DNA from: a virus
Virus record (IMG/VR): IMGVR_UViG_3300044568_003751
Location: 1-64,000 of that record
Direction: 5' to 3' (one strand)
DNA length: 64,000 nt
Shown here piece by piece: positions 57,465-63,424 of the stretch. Each line of letters opens with the position of its first letter. The first letter of the stretch is position 1. Made by a program: the position numbers and the translations under genes. Below the pieces are notes generated by a model that saw only the letters and a program-made list of their open reading frames with translations, made no database searches and was not told the DNA's origin.

Positions 57465-57538
57465 TGGAGCGGGATACGAGAATCGAACTCGTCACTAAAC
57501 CTTGGCAAGATTTCGAGATACCACTTCACCAATCCCGC
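57465..57538 (-). tRNA. tRNA-Gly(GCC)
   Basis: AAATC-TTGCCAA-GGTTT, CCA end. Confidence 0.88.
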
Positions 57539-57544
57539 ATTTGA

Positions 57545-57606
57545 GAAAAACCCTGTCGTGTGAGCCAACTTCCGGGAGTGGGCAACTCACAGAGGACAGG
57601 GCCGTG
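57545..57606 (-). other. Long bulged hairpin followed by T tract (terminator or small RNA)
   Basis: CCCTGTC/GACAGGG and GTGAG/CTCAC stems. Confidence 0.5.
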
Positions 57607-57619
57607 TTGTTATTACTTG

Positions 57620-58093
57620 TTAGGCTGCACGTAGATCTTTGAATCTATCTGCCGCATATGAAGCCGCAAACGCATCGGGTTTGACAAAAGGTATAACATT
57701 ACACACACCTTTGATGTAGCCTATGGCCTGTGATATTACACAACTTGATCCGTGTATTTCGTCTGGGTTGATGTCCAAGTGAACTTCAACTTCACGTCCT
57801 TCTAGTACTTCGGCCAGTTTCAAGTACAATTCGCTCACTTTGTACACTTCGGTCATCAACCTTAAACTGGGACGACTGGCTCGTTGATCCCAGTCGCGTT
57901 CACGTTGCACTTCACCAAACAGTTTGCAACCGTTGTTGCCATTGATGTGTACCACAATGGCCAACACATAGTCAGCATGCCAGGCACCGTTGATTTTTAC
58001 ACGCTCTGAATCGCAACCAAGATAGATTCGAGTTTCGGGTGTTTGCGCCCGTATAAACTGTGCCACTTGGTCAATGTCTAGTTTTTTCATCAT
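57620..58093 (-). CDS. RNase H-like YkuK family protein
   Basis: IYLGCDS, RLMTEV, EVHLDIN and KPDAFAASYAAD motifs. Confidence 0.8.
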   Translation of the reverse strand: MMKKLDIDQVAQFIRAQTPETRIYLGCDSERVKINGAWHADYVLAIVVHINGNNGCKLFGEVQRERDWDQRASRPSLRLMTEVYKVSELYLKLAEVLEGREVEVHLDINPDEIHGSSCVISQAIGYIKGVCNVIPFVKPDAFAASYAADRFKDLRAA

Positions 58094-58134
58094 CGTCTTT
58101 CTATTTAACTCAAAAACTGTTACAGTTTTATTAA

Positions 58135-58215
58135 TGGTACCCCGGGTGGGAGTTGAACCCACATTTGAATTTCTCCTTTTGAGAGAGATGACTTTGCCAA
58201 TTTGTCTACCGGGGC
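58135..58215 (-). tRNA. tRNA-Leu(CAA)
   Basis: TCTCT-CTCAAAA-GGAGA, CCA end. Confidence 0.82.
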
Positions 58216-58218
58216 AAT

Positions 58219-58301
58219 TGGTACGAGTAGCCGGACTTGAACCGGCAAGCCTAAGCGGAAGATTTTAAATCTTCTGAGTTTACCAATTTCTCCATACTCG
58301 C
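58219..58301 (-). tRNA. tRNA-Leu(TAA)
   Basis: GAAGA-TTTAAAA-TCTTC, variable arm, CCA end. Confidence 0.88.
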
Positions 58302-58305
58302 TGAA

Positions 58306-58382
58306 TGGTGCCCCAAGAGAGACTCGAACTCTCAAAATTTGGCTTCTAAGACCAACACGTATACCAATTCCGTCATCGGGGC
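58306..58382 (-). tRNA. tRNA-Leu(TAG), short variable loop
   Basis: TTGGT-CTTAGAA-GCCAA, 77 nt. Confidence 0.82.
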
Positions 58383-58547
58383 AAATAAATATCATTATGA
58401 TTACAATTGAACATGCTATGCAAACGTTATTCCAAATATCTGGTACACAGCCGTATGTGCCAGAAACTCATGCTACCACCACTAGACAATTCACTGTGAA
58501 TGCCATGCTAGAGCCGCTGAATCTAAAGTTCAAACTAGATCCCTTGT

Positions 58548-58623
58548 TGGTGCCTCCTCCAGGTTCCGACCCTGGTTCCCCGGATTTTCAATCCGGTGCT
58601 ATGACCACATCAGCTAAAGAGGC
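58548..58623 (-). tRNA. tRNA-Phe(GAA)
   Basis: CCGGA-TTGAAAA-TCCGG, atypical T loop GTCGGAA. Confidence 0.85.
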
Positions 58624-58628
58624 GTAAT

Positions 58629-58702
58629 TGGTACCTCGTGACAGAATCGAACTGCCGTAACCGCCGTGTAAAGACGGAGTTCTACCATTAAACTAACGAG
58701 GC
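58629..58702 (-). tRNA. tRNA-Val(TAC)
   Basis: CCGTC-TTTACAC-GGCGG. Confidence 0.88.
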
Positions 58703-58707
58703 GTATT

Positions 58708-58799
58708 TGGCGGAAGACGGAGGAGTCGAACCCCATCCGATTTCTCGGAACCTGGTTTTCAAGGCCAGTCGCGGCACCAACCCCGCTGCATCATCTTCC
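58708..58799 (-). tRNA. tRNA-Ser(TGA), non-canonical 8/4-type cloverleaf
   Basis: Acceptor GGAAGATG/CGTCTTCC (8 bp), T stem 4 bp, long variable arm, G73. Confidence 0.75.
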
Positions 58800-58810
58800 T
58801 TATTGAATTA

Positions 58811-58992
58811 AAAAAAGTACTACCCGATGTTTAAGGGTATAGAACATCCTTTCGGGTAGCCCTTGTCCCTCCAGCAACATAAAACGACTGTGACTAGCAG
58901 TCTACCGCGGCTTTCGCCCGTTCAGCGGCGCTGGATCTAATAAGGTCCCTGGTAGTTGGGCCCATAGTCAATGAGTTTTTAACACACTTTTT
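58811..58992 (-). ncRNA. Candidate structured ncRNA A (~180 nt)
   Basis: Multiple nested helices, GAAA tetraloop and a possible pseudoknot. No ORF. Confidence 0.55.
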
Positions 58993-58999
58993 CTAAACT

Positions 59000-59077
59000 T
59001 GGAGTAGCGGGTGAGATTCGAACTCACGGCTTTACGGATTTGCAATCCGTTCCCTTGGACCACTCGGGCACCGCTAC
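59000..59077 (-). tRNA. tRNA-Cys(GCA)
   Basis: ACGGA-TTGCAAA-TCCGT, U73. Confidence 0.9.
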
Positions 59078-59083
59078 ATAAAT

Positions 59084-59236
59084 TTAACTTGGCACAATAT
59101 GAGGAATGTAAGGAACGGCTCGAGGTCCGCCGTACATCTGCTCAAACAACTTCTTGGCTTCCTGCGGTGTGCCCGCATAGATACGCTTTTTTTCTTCGCC
59201 CTGTGGTGTGCGAACTGTTGTTTCATACATTGGCAT
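59084..59236 (-). CDS. 50-aa protein, not in ORF track (MPMYETTVRTPQGEEKKRIY...)
   Basis: Strong SD AGGAGA. Fills the gap between two tRNAs. Confidence 0.7.
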   Translation of the reverse strand: MPMYETTVRTPQGEEKKRIYAGTPQEAKKLFEQMYGGPRAVPYIPHIVPS

Positions 59237-59250
59237 ATTATTCTCCTAAT

Positions 59251-59327
59251 TGGTCCGAGTAGTAGGATTCAAACCTACGACCCTCTGGTCCCAAACCAGA
59301 TGCGCTATCAGGCTGCGCTATACTCGG
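59251..59327 (-). tRNA. tRNA-Pro(TGG)
   Basis: TCTGG-TTTGGGA-CCAGA. Confidence 0.88.
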
Positions 59328-59333
59328 GTAATT

Positions 59334-59561
59334 TTATTTCTTGGCCGACAACGGCTCTTGTGACTTTTCTATCTCTGATGTCTCGGCAAATCCTGCATTG
59401 CCACCAAAACCTTTCCAGCTGTCTTCTGTAAAAATTCTAACAGGTCGCCAGAAGCGGGCAATGATGTTGTTGATCACCACAATTCCAATTGCCACAGCAA
59501 TAAAGCCTAATGCTGTCAAAACACTACCGGCTAAAAATACCGCCGCTTGATCCATGTCCAT
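59334..59561 (-). CDS. Small single-TM membrane protein
   Basis: Hydrophobic N-terminal helix. SD AAGGA. Confidence 0.65.
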   Translation of the reverse strand: MDMDQAAVFLAGSVLTALGFIAVAIGIVVINNIIARFWRPVRIFTEDSWKGFGGNAGFAETSEIEKSQEPLSAKK

Positions 59562-59578
59562 AAGTTTTTCCTTAATTT

Positions 59579-59652
59579 TGGAGCGGGATGAGAGAATCGA
59601 ACTCTCAACTCTAACTTGGAAGGATAGCGTTTTGCCACTAAACTAATCCCGC
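59579..59652 (-). tRNA. tRNA-Gly(TCC)
   Basis: CTTCCAA loop, GCGGGAT/ATCCCGC acceptor. Confidence 0.87.
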
Positions 59653-59698
59653 GTTGAACATGTAGTATACAATATTTTTTGGATATTGTAAAGACATT

Positions 59699-59772
59699 TG
59701 GTTCCCTGTCGAGGTAACGATCCTCGGTCTCTCGATTATCAGTCGAGTGCTCTACCTTTGAGCTAACGGGGA
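59699..59772 (-). tRNA. tRNA-Ile(GAT)
   Basis: CTCGA-CTGATAA-TCGAG, T loop ATCGTTA. Confidence 0.85.
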
Positions 59773-59778
59773 AAATAC

Positions 59779-59852
59779 TGGCACGGGAACTAGGGCTCGA
59801 ACCTAGAATGACAGAGTCAAAGTCTGTAGTGTTACCATTACACTATTCCCGA
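59779..59852 (-). tRNA. tRNA-Gln(TTG)
   Basis: ACAGA-CTTTGAC-TCTGT. Confidence 0.88.
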
Positions 59853-59864
59853 ACAAAAACTTTA

Positions 59865-59939
59865 TGGTGGATGAGAGTAGAGTCGAACTACCACTTGACT
59901 CCGTATGAAGGAGGCGCACTACCATTATGCTACTCATCC
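59865..59939 (-). tRNA. tRNA with CAT anticodon (elongator Met or Ile2)
   Basis: CTCC-TTCATAC-GGAG, paired G1-C72. Confidence 0.8.
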
Positions 59940-59941
59940 AT

Positions 59942-60018
59942 TGGGGTGCATGATGGGATTCGAACCCACGCATATCGGAATCACAATCCGAGGTCTTGAC
60001 CGCTTGACGACACGCACC
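59942..60018 (-). tRNA. tRNA-His(GTG)
   Basis: TCGGA-TTGTGAT-TCCGA, G-1:C73. Confidence 0.9.
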
Positions 60019-60052
60019 ATATAGAAACACACCAAGCAAATATGTTTTCATA

Positions 60053-60127
60053 TGGTAGGGGCACAGAGAATCGAACTCTGATTTACGGGTTAAAAGCCCG
60101 CTACTTTGGCCGTTAAGTTATACCCCC
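60053..60127 (-). tRNA. tRNA-Lys(TTT)
   Basis: GCGGG-CTTTTAA-CCCGT. Confidence 0.88.
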
Positions 60128-60179
60128 ACTAATCTTATCACTCTTGTCACAGTCTATGGGACTCTCCTTTTAAAATATT

Positions 60180-60254
60180 TGGTACCGCTGGAAGGAATCA
60201 AACCTCCATCCCCACGTTCGTAGCATGGTGTCCTGTTCATTGAACGACAGCGAT
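60180..60254 (-). tRNA. tRNA-Arg(ACG)
   Basis: CCATG-CTACGAA-CGTGG. Confidence 0.85.
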
Positions 60255-60259
60255 ATGAT

Positions 60260-60333
60260 TGGTGCCCCATGAGAGAATCGAACTCCCGTACCCGGATTAC
60301 AAAACCGGTGTAATGCCATTATACTAATAGGGC
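60260..60333 (-). tRNA. tRNA-Thr(TGT)
   Basis: CCGG stem, TTTGTAA loop. Confidence 0.87.
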
Positions 60334-60339
60334 AAATTT

Positions 60340-60427
60340 TGGCGGAGTATGTAGGAATCGAACCTACTCGCCCATTTCTGAACGACAGTTTAGCAAACTG
60401 TTGCCTTAACCGGTCGGCCAATACTCC
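60340..60427 (-). tRNA. tRNA-Ser(GCT)
   Basis: ACAGT-TTGCTAA-ACTGT, long variable arm. Confidence 0.9.
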
Positions 60428-60435
60428 ATACTTAC

Positions 60436-60514
60436 TGGCTCCGCATTTCGGAATCGGACCGAACTAACCAGGGATTAACAGTCCCGCCCATGCACCTTGC
60501 TCGGGTTCTGCGGA
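60436..60514 (-). tRNA. tRNA-Asn(GTT), atypical D arm and T loop
   Basis: GGGA-CTGTTAA-TCCC, TCCGCA/TGCGGA acceptor, G73. Confidence 0.75.
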
Positions 60515-60555
60515 ATAAAACTACTTAGCAGGCACTCATGCCTGCCTTAAAAACA

Positions 60556-60641
60556 TGGTGGAGAGTCAGGGATTCGAACCCCGTATACCGTAAGGTGGAA
60601 GATTTACAGTCTCCTGAAGTCACCAATGCTTCTCACTCTCC
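60556..60641 (-). tRNA. tRNA-Tyr(GTA)
   Basis: GGAGA-CTGTAAA-TCTTC, variable arm. Confidence 0.88.
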
Positions 60642-60645
60642 AATT

Positions 60646-60720
60646 TGGTGGACCGTCCCGGGTTCGAACCGGGGACTGAGGCTTGCAAAGCCACTGTGTT
60701 CCCAACTATACCAACAGCCC
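60646..60720 (-). tRNA. tRNA-Ala(TGC)
   Basis: TTTGCAA loop, G3:U70. Confidence 0.88.
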
Positions 60721-60726
60721 ATAATT

Positions 60727-60800
60727 TGGCGACTCGTGATGGAATCGAACCACCGCTAGAAGTTTTGGAGACTTCCGCACTGCCACTATACTAACGAGCC
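60727..60800 (-). tRNA. tRNA-Trp(CCA)
   Basis: GAAGT-CTCCAAA-ACTTC. Confidence 0.88.
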
Positions 60801-60960
60801 ACGTCACACTGTTGCCAATGTGTGTATCAAAACACACTCTAAGAATATGCTTTGATACGCTCGGATTTTTTTTGTGTACAAGAACACAAGCCATCCCCGA
60901 GGCCGCCCATTTGCAGTTTTGAGTGTTGCAGGCTCGCGTTGCCATTGCACTTGATAACGC

Positions 60961-61008
60961 TTATTGCACGTTATCGTGAATCCACTTCCAGTACTCTTCT
61001 GTTGTCAT
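60961..61008 (-). CDS. 15-aa micro-ORF MTTEEYWKWIHDNVQ
   Basis: Strong SD AAGGAGA 6 nt upstream, directly after the attenuator terminator. Confidence 0.5.
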   Translation of the reverse strand: MTTEEYWKWIHDNVQ

Positions 61009-61021
61009 CGCTGTTCTCCTT

Positions 61022-61235
61022 AAAAAGAAAAACCCTGGAGTTTTTAGTTCCAGGGTCCTTGGCTTAGATACGATTGTATACTACGTTAAGACCCTGTGTC
61101 TCCTAGAATGATTGCTGTTGGGCGACCATAGGCATGTGACCAGGCTGGTGCCTGATTAAACATTGTCTTGGTTAGCAGTGAACAGATTTGTGTTTTCATA
61201 GTATCAATTATAGTTTATTTACCTTTGTGTGTCAA
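61022..61235 (-). promoter_or_regulatory. Putative attenuator 1: promoter, leaderless 37-aa leader ORF (61086-61199), antiterminator, intrinsic terminator
   Basis: TTGACA-17-TATAAT. CAGGGTCTT at the ORF end is complementary to AGGACCCTG in the terminator 5' arm. Terminator ACCCTGGA/TCCAGGGT plus T tract. Confidence 0.65.
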
Positions 61236-61276
61236 TCACTTTGGCAAACTTTTTTGTTGTATTTACGCAACAGATT

Positions 61277-62407
61277 TTATTCACCTATACAGAAGGGTTT
61301 GCTGTAGATTGGTGCACCAACATCTTTTCCAATTATGCTGTTAACGGGATTGGTACTGTTTTCTATCAAATGATTACAAAAGTTTTTTTCTAACAAAAGA
61401 TTTTTTATGCCTTTTACAAAAAGATCGGCCACAACATTGTCCTTCTTTAGCAAGGCATCTAGGCCAGTATCAAATGTTCGGGAAAGATCACCGTCAATGG
61501 TGTCCATTGTTATTACTACTGATTCAAATTTATTTTCTTGTATTTTTTGTGTGAAACTGCCACCTGATACTATCTCTTTTTGTCTAGACAAATTTTTTGC
61601 CCAAGAAATATAAGCGGCATTAGAAGAAATTCTAAATTTTGCGCCAGTAGGATCTAGACTAGCATTGTATGCATTTGCATTCATACGAAGTTTAAGCATT
61701 TTTTTAATCATATGACTTTGTTTGAGTGCCAAGACTGGGGCAGTAAAAAAACATTCAATATTCTCAAAATTCATTGTACTCAGCAAGGTTCTTGCATCAT
61801 GACATGAATAATATTTGTTATCTTTCTTGAATACTCTAGGTTGCTCGTGTCCAGTAATCAAACACCAAGTTGATCCACCAAACTGGTCGGCACAGTAATC
61901 CCACATGACAGAGTCCATGGTTCCCATGGCAAATTTAGGAATCATAGAAATATTTTTAAAAATCCAATCTTCTCCGGTTACAATTTGTTGTTTAGCCGCA
62001 GGATCAAATCGTTCTTTGACAGTGATTTTGGTCAAGGGATCATGATGATTATTTTTCAGCCAATCCACATACTGTGAATTGTACCAGGGCTCGTACTGAT
62101 CATTTACCCAGATAACAATTTCATCAATATGCAAATTATTACGTTTGAACACTTCGTAGATGGTCTGACTGTCAGTGCCACCGCTCCAGGACAGCATAAC
62201 GTGTTGATATTTGTTTCTTAAATTACATGCATGGCGATCCATCAGTTGATCAAGAGACTCGGTGGGTTCTTGCAACCAATTCAGTTGATCATTCTGTTGA
62301 TCATGACAAACAAACTCAATGGGTTTCTTGCTTACAAATGCCTCATATTTGGCAAGCAGGTGATTGAAAATTATTTTATTGTTGACACGAAAGTAGATGG
62401 AAGTCAT
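61277..62407 (-). CDS. PP-loop (adenine nucleotide alpha-hydrolase-like) protein
   Basis: LSWSGGTDSQT motif. AT-rich insert in the tRNA array. Confidence 0.65.
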   Translation of the reverse strand: MTSIYFRVNNKIIFNHLLAKYEAFVSKKPIEFVCHDQQNDQLNWLQEPTESLDQLMDRHACNLRNKYQHVMLSWSGGTDSQTIYEVFKRNNLHIDEIVIWVNDQYEPWYNSQYVDWLKNNHHDPLTKITVKERFDPAAKQQIVTGEDWIFKNISMIPKFAMGTMDSVMWDYCADQFGGSTWCLITGHEQPRVFKKDNKYYSCHDARTLLSTMNFENIECFFTAPVLALKQSHMIKKMLKLRMNANAYNASLDPTGAKFRISSNAAYISWAKNLSRQKEIVSGGSFTQKIQENKFESVVITMDTIDGDLSRTFDTGLDALLKKDNVVADLFVKGIKNLLLEKNFCNHLIENSTNPVNSIIGKDVGAPIYSKPFCIGE

Positions 62408-62416
62408 GTGTATGAT

Positions 62417-62490
62417 TGGATGCGGGGGACAGATTCGAACTGCCGATGCACCTGGCTTATGAGACCGGTGTGGTGACCGCCCTCCCCGCT
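62417..62490 (-). tRNA. Initiator-like tRNA-Met(CAT) with truncated D arm
   Basis: AGCGGGG/CCCCGCA with 1:72 mismatch, CTCATAA loop, normal T arm, CCA end. Confidence 0.6.
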
Positions 62491-62501
62491 GTGTATTTAA
62501 T

Positions 62502-62746
62502 GCTCTGCGTCCCCCGGCGGTAATTATAGTGTATCAGAAATTTGGTCAGCAAGCGATTAACTCACCAATTAGTCTATTCATCACTTACACCCTCCACCCG
62601 CTTCCCGACAGGGACCGTTCTCGTATTGCTAACGCCGGTTAGGTTGGACCGCTGATTGCTCAGTGAAACTTTTCCGTTTCAGAACCACCCGTAGTTGTCA
62701 CACTACTTCTCATCGTCGGGGTCAGACTATCCAGTGACGCTGGAAC
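62502..62746 (-). ncRNA. Candidate large structured ncRNA B (~245 nt)
   Basis: Ends pair (GCGTC/GACGC). Internal helices CCCGAC/GTCGGG, GTAGT/ACTAC, TGAAAC/GTTTCA, CTGA-GCAA-TCAG and GTGTA/TACAC. Confidence 0.6.
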
Positions 62747-62749
62747 GTT

Positions 62750-62815
62750 TGGGAGAGGCCACGGTTGCAGGATCTAGTGCCTTTTGCAAGGGAAGTATCC
62801 AGGCGGTGCGGCCTC
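62750..62815 (-). ncRNA. 66-nt CCA-ending tRNA-like/minihelix element
   Basis: 8-bp terminal stem GAGGCCGC/GTGGCCTC, CCTT-GCAA-AAGG hairpin, no T loop. Confidence 0.4.
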
Positions 62816-62820
62816 AAACT

Positions 62821-62896
62821 TGGCGGTCTTAGGGGGTAACGATCCCCACTCTTACGGCGTGACAAGCCGTCGTGCGTCCATGAACACTTTAAGACC
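62821..62896 (-). tRNA. tRNA-Asp(GTC)
   Basis: ACGGC-TTGTCAC-GCCGT, T loop ATCGTTA. Confidence 0.85.
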
Positions 62897-62899
62897 AAA

Positions 62900-63053
62900 T
62901 TTTTATAGTCAAGCACCGAGAATGCCAATTTAGGAGTCCTGCGCTAACAGTTCCAAAGCCGATGCAGTTATATTAGGATCAGTCGCCGGCCGCTGTGACC
63001 CGAATAGTGTTGGCGTCCCAACACGATACCTTATCGATGCTTGACTATAAAAA
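62900..63053 (-). ncRNA. Candidate ncRNA C closed by a perfect 16-bp terminal inverted repeat
   Basis: tttttatagtcaagca...tgcttgactataaaaa, with internal gtgttgg/ccaacac hairpin. Confidence 0.5.
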
Positions 63054-63056
63054 CAA

Positions 63057-63132
63057 TGGTGCTCCGTGGGGGAATCGAACCCCTCCTTACCCGCGTGAAA
63101 GGCGAGTGTCCTAACCGATAGACGAACGGAGC
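63057..63132 (-). tRNA. tRNA-Glu(TTC)
   Basis: CTTTCAC loop, GCTCCGT/ACGGAGC acceptor. Confidence 0.88.
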
Positions 63133-63144
63133 ATGTGATTTTAC

Positions 63145-63330
63145 ATTGAGGAACCATGTGGATCTTATTCTGCTTGGCTTGCGAGGCCAAGTCACCACGG
63201 TCATTACTGCCAGACGATCCGCCGCTTTTCTGAAACTGCAAGCAGTCTCGGCTTCATGACTGATAGCAAGTGGGCATCCGCCGATGCCAATTCACTTCTA
63301 CCAATGCCACTAACGGGTCTGGTAACCTCT
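63145..63330 (-). ncRNA. Candidate structured RNA D
   Basis: Helices CCAGAC/GTCTGG, GGCATC/GATGCC, AAGTG/CACTT and CTTGGC/GCCAAG. Confidence 0.4.
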
Positions 63331-63392
63331 TTGTATATTTTAAAGATCTGTTGCAAGTAGTCTCGATCGACTTTGTTGCTTTGTTAAGTTCT

Positions 63393-63421
63393 ATTGTAGC
63401 AGAGTTTCAATTTATGGTCTA
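63393..63421 (-). promoter_or_regulatory. Promoter TAGACC-17-TACAAT (early family variant)
   Basis: TGCTACAAT extended -10. Confidence 0.65.
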
Positions 63422-63424
63422 GCA

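Noticed and set aside
58397-58627. 76-aa + strand ORF after an ATAAATA motif
   Set aside because: Its 3' third is antisense to tRNA-Phe. It may be a gene remnant, but support is too weak to call.
58708-58799. selC (tRNA-Sec)
   Set aside because: The anticodon reads TGA (Ser) rather than TCA, and no sel genes are visible.
58074-63241. ORF-track calls overlapping tRNAs and ncRNA candidates (e.g. 58120, 59011, 59803, 60170, 60538, 62722, 62930)
   Set aside because: Explained by the RNA genes they overlap. Translations look non-protein-like.
62502-63330. tmRNA, RNase P RNA or group I intron
   Set aside because: No tag reading frame with an Ala acceptor end, and no RNase P or group I core motifs recognised by eye.
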